Of a DNA stretch of 64,000 bases, positions 9,646-18,456 are shown piece by piece (the stretch's first letter is position 1; each line of letters starts with the position of its first letter). The DNA comes from an uncultured Bacteroidia bacterium. GTDB taxonomy: Bacteria; Bacteroidota; Bacteroidia; Bacteroidales; CAJPTX01. Below the pieces are notes generated by a model. The model ran no database searches. It saw nothing but the letters and a program-made list of their open reading frames with translations, and was not told where the DNA came from. The stretch is taken from contig CAMXWF010000006.1 of assembly GCA_947252645.1 (NCBI GenBank), positions 64,697-128,696 on the forward strand. The letters are read 5' to 3'. The position numbers and the translations under genes are program-made.

Positions 9646-10059
9646 TTACTTAACCTCTATATCGACTCGGCACTCTTTCCCAGGCTCTACTGTGGTGCTA
9701 GCCTCTCCAGAAAGAGTGTAACTGATACCAGCTACTCTCGCCTTAACCTCTATTGAATATTTGTACTGTTTAATCCAGTAGTAGTCCTTATATTCGCATA
9801 GAAGATCTTTGAACTCGTAGCGGCCAACGATAGAGGTAGTGGCTCCAGCCATGTAGTGGTCATATGTATACCCCCCATCATCACTACTTCCTCCTGTTCT
9901 ATATAGCTTTACTGTGGCGCCGACCACTGGTTCTCCGTTGCTCTGCAGGGTTACCACGCCGTAAATGCTACCTGGTTTTTTACTCGGCTTCTTCTCACAG
10001 CCATAGAGGAACCCCGCAAGGGGGAGGAGGACGACGAGTATGTAAATCAACCTATTCAT
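9646..10059 (-). CDS. Small lipoprotein with one carboxypeptidase-regulatory-like domain
   Basis: The signal and lipobox are MNRLIYILVVLLPLAGFLYGCEKK. They are followed by GSIYGVVTLQSNGEPVVGATVKLY. Confidence 0.65.
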   Translation of the reverse strand: MNRLIYILVVLLPLAGFLYGCEKKPSKKPGSIYGVVTLQSNGEPVVGATVKLYRTGGSSDDGGYTYDHYMAGATTSIVGRYEFKDLLCEYKDYYWIKQYKYSIEVKARVAGISYTLSGEASTTVEPGKECRVDIEVK

Positions 10060-10393
10060 GGCTCGGCTTGAGTTTAGTCATTGAAATGTTCACCTCATTG
10101 TTCTCCCCCACCACGGCCGTCACCGTCTTCGTGTTGGTGCTGTAGCCGTCCTTCTGCACCTGGATGGTGTACTGCACTGGCTCGAGGTCAACGAACTCAA
10201 AGCGCCCGTCGGTGCCGGTGGTCTGCGTTTTGCCGCCAGGGCTTAGCTGCACGCTCACGCCAGCTATGGGCTCCGCGCTACTGTGGTCTTTCACCACCCC
10301 GTGCAGGGTGGCGAACGTATCGTACTCGGCCTTCTTGCAGCCCGCGCATACCACTAGCGATAGGCAGGCTAATATCACGATTGCTCTCCTCAT
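10052..10393 (-). CDS. Small lipoprotein with one carboxypeptidase-regulatory-like domain
   Basis: The start is set at MRRAIVILACLSLVVCAGCKK (lipobox). The domain reads LHGVVKDHSSAEPIAGVSVQLSPGGKTQTTGTDGRFEF. The gene overlaps the next gene by 8 nt. Confidence 0.7.
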   Translation of the reverse strand: MRRAIVILACLSLVVCAGCKKAEYDTFATLHGVVKDHSSAEPIAGVSVQLSPGGKTQTTGTDGRFEFVDLEPVQYTIQVQKDGYSTNTKTVTAVVGENNEVNISMTKLKPSHE

Positions 10394-10413
10394 ATTCCAA
10401 TTACTCCAGGTCA

Positions 10414-11214
10414 TTAAAAATCCAATGCCACGTCTACCCCCACGGCTGTTGGCGTGACGTAGGGACCAAAACGACACTCCGCAGTGCCGATGACTACGTG
10501 CTTCTTGCCCTTGCAGGCTATACCATCGATGACATTCCATACGTAGAAGGCCGCGGCGCCAGCGATCAACCCGTTACGTACGTTCTGCGCCACGCTGGCA
10601 CTCTTGGCGTACGAGGCCCTCTTTCGGGCATCGTGCGTCGTTCGGAGCTGCGCAGCGTAGGAGGCGCGCAGGCACTCAGCCGCCACAAGCCCCCCCACCA
10701 GGGCCACCTCACCCGCAATGAAAAAGCCACCCCGACCAATGCTGCCCCGATGGATCTGCGCCCACCCAGGTACAAAGACCCGGGCCGAGAAGGGGTACTC
10801 GTTCGTAACCTGTACAGGCTCAAAGTCCCAAGCAGGTTTTTTGGCCGTCTGTATCAGGAGGTAAACCCTATAATTCCCCGGGGCGCAGTACTCCCGGTAC
10901 TCATCGATAACCCTCGACTTGACGGTGAGCTCATCGTTGCCCTTGACACGCACCGCGCCGTGCTCCACGTAGACGCTCACACGCTTCCCCGTGCTGAGGC
11001 TACGGCGGCTGATGGCGATCTCGGCGGCCTTGTTGCGCGCGGTGGCCTCATCGGGCCCCTCGGCACTGACCACCTCCGTATAGGAGTTCGCAGACTCGGC
11101 AAAAAATCCACCAACCCACGCAGGCCGCTCCTGCGTGGAGTAGCATTGGCCCCATACCAAGCAGGGAAGCAATGCAAAAACCGGTAAGAGTACTAAACGT
11201 CTCATTGTACGCAC
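10414..11214 (-). CDS. Secreted/membrane protein of unknown function with a PGWAQ-motif hydrophobic C-terminal half
   Basis: The signal peptide is MRRLVLLPVFALLPCLVWGQ. The N-terminal half has an alpha/beta pattern similar to the neighbouring LPP20-like paralogs. The C-terminal half, VPGWAQIHRGSIGRGGFFIAGEVALVGGLVAA, resembles the DUF5683-type PG.GQ membrane motif (weak recall). Confidence 0.55.
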   Translation of the reverse strand: MRTMRRLVLLPVFALLPCLVWGQCYSTQERPAWVGGFFAESANSYTEVVSAEGPDEATARNKAAEIAISRRSLSTGKRVSVYVEHGAVRVKGNDELTVKSRVIDEYREYCAPGNYRVYLLIQTAKKPAWDFEPVQVTNEYPFSARVFVPGWAQIHRGSIGRGGFFIAGEVALVGGLVAAECLRASYAAQLRTTHDARKRASYAKSASVAQNVRNGLIAGAAAFYVWNVIDGIACKGKKHVVIGTAECRFGPYVTPTAVGVDVALDF

Positions 11215-11222
11215 GTAGGTTA

Positions 11223-11867
11223 CTACTCCGCCTCTAGCTCAGACGCTGATGCTGGCTGCGGCTCGGGCTTCGCATTCGGATCCTTGAAGTACTTCTCCAT
11301 GCGCTTTCGGAAATTCTCCTCATTGACGCGCACACTCAGCTCCTCATCCTGCGCCACTTCTTCTGCTATAGCCCTTGCCAACCGATTCTTGTCGATGCGA
11401 ATACCCGTGATGCATTGCACGTTGCCCTTATCGTCAGGCGAGGTGAACTTTTGGCACCAAGCCTTCGTATCGTTCAATATGGCATTAATGACATGCTTAC
11501 CAGCACGTTCCAATTTGTTGACAATATCCGTTCCCCCATCGTTGCCCATGGAGAGGCCATAGTCCTCAATAACCGCCTGGTAGACATGTGACATCTTCTG
11601 GGCTACTATAGCTTGCGCATTGGAAAGCGCATTAATCTGCAGCTCGTCAAGTCTAGTAGACGAGCCGTACGCAAAGCCGGTAGCGGTAAATTCGCTTTCG
11701 CTATCCGCCGCAAAGCAAGGTGCCTCTACCGTCTCCCCAAATAGACTATTCCTACTCGCTGGCTCTTGGGCCAGCACCCGACTACCACTGCCGCTGCCCA
11801 TGGAGAGCACGGCTACCCCCGCTAACCAAGCGACCACGGTCGCCCAACTCGCACCTCCGATCCTCAT
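11223..11867 (-). CDS. Secreted protein, LPP20-like family (paralog 1)
   Basis: It has a signal peptide ending VLAQ. It shares F.A.G.A.GS....L...AL.NAQ, VIEDYGL, ERAGK.VI and G.R.D...L with the ORF at 12707-13321. The LPP20-like assignment is tentative. Confidence 0.6.
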   Translation of the reverse strand: MRIGGASWATVVAWLAGVAVLSMGSGSGSRVLAQEPASRNSLFGETVEAPCFAADSESEFTATGFAYGSSTRLDELQINALSNAQAIVAQKMSHVYQAVIEDYGLSMGNDGGTDIVNKLERAGKHVINAILNDTKAWCQKFTSPDDKGNVQCITGIRIDKNRLARAIAEEVAQDEELSVRVNEENFRKRMEKYFKDPNAKPEPQPASASELEAE

Positions 11868-11893
11868 AATCCTACCCTTTCAATTCTAGTGTA

Positions 11894-12316
11894 TTACTTC
11901 TTCCCTTTCTTCTCAAAAACCTTCTCCATTCGCCTACGGAACTCGGCCTGGCGTTGCGTCTGGCTCTGCTCCCCATCGCTCGCCGAGGCCTCCGCGACGT
12001 TGGCGCCGAAACGCTGCGTATCGCCCCTTGTCGAATCGAATACTGCCGACCCTCTTCGCGCCACATCGCCGCGGACGTAGGTGCCTGTGTCGTTGCCCTC
12101 GTAGAGGCCATAATCCTCGATAACGCCCTTGTAGACATAAGGCCTCTGCTGCCGAGCTACATTCTGCCCATGGTCTTGCGCTGTGGAGGGCTCCACGCAC
12201 TTTTGCTTTGCAGCGCCTCTAACCATGGCGATTGCCAGCACCGCGCATCCCGCTAGTAAAGCACCCAGAAGGACTACTGTCGCAATTCGCCTACACTTAC
12301 AACATCCAACTTTCAT
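11894..12316 (-). CDS. Short, degenerate paralog of the LPP20-like lipoproteins
   Basis: It has the lipobox LLGALLAGC. It retains only YKGVIEDYGLYEGNDTG and EFRRRMEKVFEKKGKK of the family, and the middle is unalignable. It may be a decaying copy. Confidence 0.4.
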   Translation of the reverse strand: MKVGCCKCRRIATVVLLGALLAGCAVLAIAMVRGAAKQKCVEPSTAQDHGQNVARQQRPYVYKGVIEDYGLYEGNDTGTYVRGDVARRGSAVFDSTRGDTQRFGANVAEASASDGEQSQTQRQAEFRRRMEKVFEKKGKK

Positions 12317-12706
12317 CGCCAGTGTCGTTGGTACTTCATTCTTGAATCACGCAAAACGAGTATGGCGCACCTACACACCACCTCCCGAATATTTATGCAC
12401 AAGCAGCCTGGCGTAAATATCCTCGAGTGGCCCCATGCAAATCATCCCGCTACGCTCGTGGAATGGAATGATGTTGAAATGGCGCCACCCCACGTTGCAG
12501 TACGGACTTCCTCAGGGGAGCTGCCAACTCCAAGCTTCCCCTCGAACGTAGGGCTCAAGGGCAAACTCGCGCAGGCATACGCCAGGAGCAACATGTTGTC
12601 GGGGGCACCCTGGCACGCGCGCTGGAGGCAGCGCATGCGCGGCGAATAGCACAACGACTGCAGTCAAGCAGGCCAATTAGGCAACAAATGCACTTCTCTT
12701 GCGCCC

Positions 12707-13321
12707 CTACTCGCCCCTTTCGTTCTTGTGAGTTCTGAGCTCTTCGGCATACTTTTCACGGAACTTCGCCTCATCGAAACGCACCCGCAGCTCATCATCC
12801 CTGGTAATCTCATTGGCAATCGCATTCACGAGCTGTTTTACGTTGATCCTAATGCCTACGAAGCATTTCGTTTCCCCCCTCTCGTCTTCTGGGGTGAATT
12901 TGGGACCACACACCACCCGCGTATCATTGACCATCCGATCGATCACCTGGGTGCCTGCCCGCTCCACCTTGTTTTGCATGTTGCTGCCCTTGTTGAGCCC
13001 GATGTCGTTGCTATAGTCTGCTATAACGCCCTTGTAGAGGTGCTGCAGCCTCTGGCGCACCGAATTCTGGGCATTGGTCAGTGCCGAGGTCTGCAGCACG
13101 TCCATACGATACGCTGAACCTCGGGCTACGCCAACCGCAGCAAAATACTCATCAGTGTCTGACTCATGGCAGGGAAGATCATAGGCCACCTCTGGGGTGG
13201 GCGCAGCTACTGGGGTAGGAGTAGGCACATAGGTGACCATCTGCTTTGCACCACCACACCCCGCCATCAGCAAGACAACTAAAGTTGCCAAGGCAACAAA
13301 CTCCAAACTACACTTCCTCAT
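12707..13321 (-). CDS. Lipoprotein, LPP20-like family (paralog 3)
   Basis: It has the lipobox LVVLLMAGCGG. It is clearly paralogous to 11223-11867. Confidence 0.65.
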   Translation of the reverse strand: MRKCSLEFVALATLVVLLMAGCGGAKQMVTYVPTPTPVAAPTPEVAYDLPCHESDTDEYFAAVGVARGSAYRMDVLQTSALTNAQNSVRQRLQHLYKGVIADYSNDIGLNKGSNMQNKVERAGTQVIDRMVNDTRVVCGPKFTPEDERGETKCFVGIRINVKQLVNAIANEITRDDELRVRFDEAKFREKYAEELRTHKNERGE

Positions 13322-13426
13322 AGCTGTACCGTATTATTGTTTTTTGATACATACATCCTCTGCGCATGCATGCGCTGCTGAAAAGCATACGCTGCCCCTG
13401 CCCGCGGCATTTGTCGGCCTGACGGG

Positions 13427-13471
13427 AAATAAAAAAGGCGATGGCTCTGCCTCGTAGGCAGTGCCATCGCC
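13427..13471 (-). terminator. Intrinsic terminator (second of two downstream of rpoD)
   Basis: A 15-bp stem, ggcgatggctctgcc / ggcagtgccatcgcc, has one mismatch. On the minus strand it is followed by TTTTTTATTT. Confidence 0.6.
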
Positions 13472-13649
13472 CAATGAGCGAGACTGGTGTACGCAGTCGC
13501 TACATTATGAATTCCATAAGATATCTGGGGGGGGGTGGCGTTTTCACGTATTTCCCAATTAATCCATGCCCTCTACGATTGCGCGAAGATAGGTAAAAGA
13601 TTTTCCACATGAACAAACGAACACCAGCTCCCCTGCAAACCACTGCCCG

Positions 13650-13690
13650 ACAAAAACAAGGCGGCCTATCGCCCCTAGGGGCGATAGGCC
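13650..13690 (-). terminator. Intrinsic terminator of rpoD
   Basis: A perfect palindrome ggcctatcgcccc/ggggcgataggcc lies 22 nt after the rpoD stop. On the minus strand it is followed by TTGTTTTTG. Confidence 0.5.
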
Positions 13691-13711
13691 GTGCCACGGC
13701 TACCTCGGCCC

Positions 13712-14572
13712 TTAGCCTAGGTAGGCCTTAAGATTCCTACAGCGGCTCGTATGGCGCAAGCGCCGTATGGCCTTCTCCTTGATCTGGCGCACGCGCTCGC
13801 GCGTCAGGCCAAACTGGTCGGAAATCTCCTCGAGGGTCTTGGCTGGCTCGCCGAGCCCAAAGAACGACTTGAGGATGTCGCGCTCCCGGTCAGTCAGGGT
13901 GGCCAGCGCACGCTCAATCTCACACTGCAGGCTCTCCTGCTGTAGCCCCGCATCGGCCTTGGGGGAGTCCTGATTGGGGATCACGTCCACCAAGCTATTG
14001 TCCTCACCCTCGGCGAAGGGCGCATCGATGGAGACGTGACGCCCCGACACACGCATGCTGTCGGCTATCTTCTCCTTGGGCAAACTGAGAATGGCCGCCA
14101 GCTCCTCGGCCGAGGGCGAGCGCTGATTCTCCTGCTCAAACTTCGAGTACGCCTTGTTGATCTTATTGAGCATGGCCACCTGGTTTAGCGGCAAGCGCAC
14201 AATGCGCGACTGCTCCGCCAAAGCCTGCAGAATGCTCTGCCGTATCCACCATACCGCGTAGGAGATGAACTTGAAGCCACGCGTCTCATCAAACTTCATG
14301 GCCGCCTTGATGAGCCCTAAGTTCCCCTCGTTGATCAGGTCGCAGAGCGCCAAGCCTTGGTTCTGATACTGCTTGGCCACCGAGACCACGAAGCGCAAGT
14401 TCGCCTTACAGAGCTTCTCCAAGGCCGCGGGGTCACCCCGACGAATCCCCTGCGCATACTCCACCTCCTGCTCTATGGTGATGAGCGGCTCCTTACCTAT
14501 TTCCTGTAGATACTTGTCGAGCGAGGGACTCTCGCGGTTGGTTATCGACTTGGTTATCTTAAGCTGTCGCAT
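13712..14572 (-). CDS. rpoD: Primary RNA polymerase sigma factor, Bacteroidota short type
   Basis: The product starts [32 protein letters not shown]. It carries the region 2 motif [18 protein letters not shown]...[13 protein letters not shown] and the region 4 motif [23 protein letters not shown]. Confidence 0.9.
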   Translation of the reverse strand: MRQLKITKSITNRESPSLDKYLQEIGKEPLITIEQEVEYAQGIRRGDPAALEKLCKANLRFVVSVAKQYQNQGLALCDLINEGNLGLIKAAMKFDETRGFKFISYAVWWIRQSILQALAEQSRIVRLPLNQVAMLNKINKAYSKFEQENQRSPSAEELAAILSLPKEKIADSMRVSGRHVSIDAPFAEGEDNSLVDVIPNQDSPKADAGLQQESLQCEIERALATLTDRERDILKSFFGLGEPAKTLEEISDQFGLTRERVRQIKEKAIRRLRHTSRCRNLKAYLG

Positions 14573-14671
14573 GGTCCCCCTCTCCTTCCTGTAGGCCCAC
14601 GAAGAACCCACGAATTTCTCTATCCATAGCTATCACCTGTTTAATTCCTATCGCTATTTCGCACCACACTA

Positions 14672-15856
14672 TCAAAAGGCTACCTCCACTTCGATGGTCC
14701 TACCCCCGCGAATGACAGTCAGCTTGGCCCTATCGCCTCCCTGAAGCTTACTCACTGCGCTCTGGAGCTGCGACACCGTATTGGTGCGCACCCCATTGAG
14801 TGCCTGTATCACATCGCCCTCCATGAGCCCCGCCTGCGCCGCGGGCGAATCCGCTATCACATCGATGACCAAAGCACCACGAGTATCCCCCCCTGTAAGC
14901 TGCGCCGCCATCTGGTCGTTGAGCGTGGTCAAGTGAACCCCTAGATACACGCGCTGCACCTCGCCCCCATCGGCCCCATCGCCCCTCCGCAAAGACTTGG
15001 CGAGAAACTTCTCCACTATCGTCTCAGGAATGGCAAACGCATAGCCCGCAAAGGCCCCCGTGGGGGAGGCTATGGCGGTGTTGATCCCCACCAGACGGCC
15101 ATCGAGATCCACCAACGGCCCCCCGCTATTCCCAGGGTTGACCGCCGCATCGATCTGGATGAACGACTCCATCGACACCCGCCCAGACTGCAAATCGATA
15201 TTCCGCGGACGCGCACTCACAATGCCCGCAGTCACCGTGGTCTCCAAATTAAACGGATTCCCTATCGCCAGCACCCACTCGCCCACACGCAGACTATCGG
15301 ATGTCCCAAACTCCAAGTAGGGCAAAACATCGCTCGTATTCACCTTCAGCAAGGCCAAGTCTGTCGCAGGATCTCGCGAAACCACCCGCGCAGGGTAGTG
15401 GCGCCCATCGGGCAACGACACCTCGATCTGGCGCGCATTCGCTATCACATGATTATTCGTGATGATATGGCCCTCTCGGTCAACGATGGCCCCAGACCCT
15501 GAAACCTGCACTGGCACCTTCACATCGGGCTGCGGGCCAAAAAAGAACTCTATCACCGAGCCACGGTACGGGCTCGCCTGCTCCATCACCCCCCTCGTCC
15601 GCACATGCACCACGCCAGGCTTGGCGCGGGCTGCAGCCGTGACAAAGTAGGGCAGCCCGCCCTGCGTGGCAGCCCGAGGCCCCAACGCCACGCTATCGCC
15701 TCCCGCAGCATGGTACGAAGGCAAAGCCTGACCCCCGCGCAACGCCTCACCACCTTGGAAGCGCAACGCCAGATAGCCCCCGAAAAAACCCACTACCAGC
15801 GCCAGCAACAGCGTCAGCCACACCGGCATCCCGCGATGCCCATCTCGTCTACGCAT
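14672..15856 (-). CDS. S1C (HtrA/DegP-family) serine protease with a single PDZ domain
   Basis: It has an N-terminal TM segment, HIITNNHV, DLALLKV and GNSGGPLVDLDGRLVGINTAI, followed by a C-terminal PDZ-like region. Confidence 0.85.
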   Translation of the reverse strand: MRRRDGHRGMPVWLTLLLALVVGFFGGYLALRFQGGEALRGGQALPSYHAAGGDSVALGPRAATQGGLPYFVTAAARAKPGVVHVRTRGVMEQASPYRGSVIEFFFGPQPDVKVPVQVSGSGAIVDREGHIITNNHVIANARQIEVSLPDGRHYPARVVSRDPATDLALLKVNTSDVLPYLEFGTSDSLRVGEWVLAIGNPFNLETTVTAGIVSARPRNIDLQSGRVSMESFIQIDAAVNPGNSGGPLVDLDGRLVGINTAIASPTGAFAGYAFAIPETIVEKFLAKSLRRGDGADGGEVQRVYLGVHLTTLNDQMAAQLTGGDTRGALVIDVIADSPAAQAGLMEGDVIQALNGVRTNTVSQLQSAVSKLQGGDRAKLTVIRGGRTIEVEVAF

Positions 15857-15909
15857 AGCTCCTCGTTTATCCGTTTTTCACCCCAATTGCCCCGTACAAC
15901 CTGACCAGG

Positions 15910-16791
15910 CTACTTACTGCCCCACTCCGTGCCAAACACAAAACGGGCAGGGCCTTCGAGCCAATCAGAATTGCACACCGACAGCTCGCCCCCAGGCACG
16001 ATCACCCTCACGGTGCGAAGGTCGGAATTCTCAATGCAACACGCGCGCGCTACCGCCACTGCGCCGCTACCACACGAGAGGGTCTCCCCCTCCACCCCCT
16101 TCTCAAAGGTACGCATGCGCACCTGGCATTCCCCCTGCTCGCCGTCCACATGCAGCACCTCGTAGAAATCCACATTCGCCCCGCCCTGCGGCGCATTCAC
16201 CACATGGCGTAAGGACGAGGCCTCCGCCTCAAAGCGGGCATCCAACGTGCCCGGTGCGCAGCACACCACGCAGTGCCACACGCCCGTATTGAGCAGCAAG
16301 GCCTCCCCCCCGTCTGCCAAGGAAACCCTCTCCGGGGAAGAAGTAGGCTTAGCCACCTTCACGCGCACCAGGCCGTCATAGCCCACCCGCACATCGTAGA
16401 GCTGATTCCAAAACAGCAACCTGCCCTCCAGAGCGGGAACAAACTCGGCATGCGCTACGCCACTTATATCCCCCAATTCCACACGACTCAGCCATCCACG
16501 GCACTGCGCGTGGCGCGCCACGCACCGCGCCCCATTCCCGCAGAACGCCGCCATACTCCCATCAGCATTGTAAAAATGCACCAACACCGCCTGGTCGCCC
16601 CCTGGCAAGCCCTCGAGCCTCTCGACCACCATCAAGCCATCGGCCCCTATGCCGTAGTGACGGTCGCAAAGCACTGACACGCACTCGGCGCGCACCCTAC
16701 CGCTCCGCGTATCCGTGAGGTACGACAGCGCATCCCAACCCTCCACGATCAGGAAATCGTTGCCTGTAGCCTCATACTTCTCTACGCGCAT
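15910..16791 (-). CDS. dapF: Diaminopimelate epimerase
   Basis: The motifs are YEATGNDFLIV, FYNADGSMAAFCGNGARCVARH and ETLSCGSGAVAVA, which include the two catalytic Cys motifs. Confidence 0.85.
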   Translation of the reverse strand: MRVEKYEATGNDFLIVEGWDALSYLTDTRSGRVRAECVSVLCDRHYGIGADGLMVVERLEGLPGGDQAVLVHFYNADGSMAAFCGNGARCVARHAQCRGWLSRVELGDISGVAHAEFVPALEGRLLFWNQLYDVRVGYDGLVRVKVAKPTSSPERVSLADGGEALLLNTGVWHCVVCCAPGTLDARFEAEASSLRHVVNAPQGGANVDFYEVLHVDGEQGECQVRMRTFEKGVEGETLSCGSGAVAVARACCIENSDLRTVRVIVPGGELSVCNSDWLEGPARFVFGTEWGSK

Positions 16792-17049
16792 AGCCTAGAC
16801 TCCTCTCGCACCCCAGCGTACCTTGTAACGAAGAAAGAGGAGAAATTGTTTCATAGCGCGCTTCGCCATAGTGCATCAAGCTCAGACTTGCGGCCACTCA
16901 ACCCGCAAGTCCAGGATATTCACAACAAATTCTGCGCCAAGAGCCCCGGGCAGGGGGCATAGCATGCGAAGGGAGGCCACGCGACGAGAAGTCTGCACGC
17001 CCAAGCTGCCAGTTTTTCCCTACCTTGCGCCTGTAACGACCTGGAGTGC

Positions 17050-17892
17050 GTGAGCAAACAGCCTATACAACTTATCGCCACGGACATCGACGGCACCCTC
17101 ATCGATGCCCAGCACCAGCTCCCGGCCGCCAATCGCTACGCGCTCCTGCGCGCCAAGGCCGCTGGCCTCCACTTGGCACTCGTCACCGGCCGCTCCATGG
17201 AAACTGCCCGCATGGTCGTCACAGCCCAGTGGCCCTTCACCCACCTGGTCTTCTCCACGGGGGCCGGCGTAGCCACCTGGCCCAGCCTCACCCTACTCCA
17301 TGAAGTCCACTTCAACCCCACAACTGCGCGCAGCATCCTCCAGCTACTATTAGCCCACCACCTCTCCTTCACCGTGCACGCCCCAATCCCCGATAGCCAC
17401 CTCTTCCTCTACCACCAAGCCGACTACCTCGCCAACACCGACTTCAACCATCGCCTGCAAACCTACCGCCAGCACGCCACCCCCCTACCCCACGACCCCG
17501 CAACGCTCCCCTGGCCCCCCTCCCTCTTCCTCACCACTATCCCCCCAAGCCCAGACCTCTACCAGCAGGTAGCCCAGATGCTGATGCCCTACGGCCAAGT
17601 CACTCGCACCACCTCCCCCATCGACCACCGCTCCATCTGGGTAGAACTCTACCCCAAGGGGGTCTCCAAGGCCAGCGGGCTACTCTGGCTAACAAAAAAA
17701 CTAGGAATCCCACCCGAAGGCGTGGCCGTAATTGGCAACGACTACAACGACCTCCCCATGCTCAAGGCCTTCCCCGCGGCCTTCATCATCGCCGATGGAC
17801 ACCCCGATCTCCAGCAGCATTTCCAGCAGGTAGCCCCCTGTAAGCTCGGCGGCCTAGCAGAGGCCATCTACCGCTGCCTCGGCGGGCGCTAG
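17050..17892 (+). CDS. HAD-IIB (Cof-type) phosphatase
   Basis: The start codon is GTG. The motifs are LIATDIDGTLID and VIGNDYNDLPML. Confidence 0.7.
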   Translation: MSKQPIQLIATDIDGTLIDAQHQLPAANRYALLRAKAAGLHLALVTGRSMETARMVVTAQWPFTHLVFSTGAGVATWPSLTLLHEVHFNPTTARSILQLLLAHHLSFTVHAPIPDSHLFLYHQADYLANTDFNHRLQTYRQHATPLPHDPATLPWPPSLFLTTIPPSPDLYQQVAQMLMPYGQVTRTTSPIDHRSIWVELYPKGVSKASGLLWLTKKLGIPPEGVAVIGNDYNDLPMLKAFPAAFIIADGHPDLQQHFQQVAPCKLGGLAEAIYRCLGGR

Positions 17893-18296
17893 CCCAAGGG
17901 GAACTGGCCGCCGCAACATGGGCCAAACGCTCGGTCTTGGCCAAGCACTCGTCGAGTCGCCGCACGGCAAAAGTAACGGCACTTGACTAGGACCAGCACT
18001 GGCCTCCGCCCGCGGGCATCGGTCTGCCCTACCGTGCCGAGATTGAGCTGTACCGTGTACGATGTACCCGCACGTTCCATGGCACCTCCGATTTTCATTA
18101 ACAATCGTTATGAGGAAAAAGCGGGCGTTTTTAACAATCACTAACAATCACTGCCCGCTCTTTCACAGCCGCGAAGTTATAAAAGCGAAGATTACCGCAC
18201 GGACTTTCGCGGCAATTATAAGTACTCCCCGAAACGGCAGGGAGGGAATCGGGCCCCCGCAGCCCATGGTAACCCGCTGGCGCACAGCCTGTTGGC

Positions 18297-18330
18297 AAAG
18301 AAAAAGGGCACGCCCAAACCGAGCGCGCCC
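18297..18330 (-). terminator. Intrinsic terminator directly after tRNA-Ser
   Basis: On the minus strand an 8-bp stem gggcgcgc/gcgtgccc (one G-U pair) is followed by TTTTTCTTT. Confidence 0.6.
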
Positions 18331-18332
18331 CG

Positions 18333-18417
18333 CGGAGGGAAAGGGATTCGAACCCCTGGTGCATTGCTGCACAACGGTTTTCAAGACCGCCGCATTCGAC
18401 CGCTCTGCCATCCCTCC
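18333..18417 (-). tRNA. tRNA-Ser (anticodon TGA)
   Basis: The minus strand reads GGAGGGATGGCAGAGCGGTCGAATGCGGCGGTCTTGAAAACCGTTGTGCAGCAATGCACCAGGGGTTCGAATCCCTTTCCCTCCG. It has a 7-bp acceptor stem, the anticodon loop CTTGAAA, a long variable arm and a GGTTCGAATCC T-loop. CCA is not encoded. Confidence 0.85.
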
Positions 18418-18456
18418 AGTGCGGCGCAAAGGTACACTTTTCAGCGCATCGTCCTC

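Noticed and set aside
12362-12649. A 95-aa plus-strand ORF in the gap between the LPP20-like paralogs
   Set aside because: It lies on the opposite strand to the whole cluster and has no signal peptide or motif. The region is more plausibly degenerate paralog sequence or a promoter region.
18180-18215. An RNase P RNA, prompted by the minus-strand GCGAAAGTCCGTGCGG near-match to the P4 GAGGAAAGTCCGGGC motif
   Set aside because: None of the other universally conserved RNase P blocks is present within 400 nt, and the available space between the flanking features is too small.
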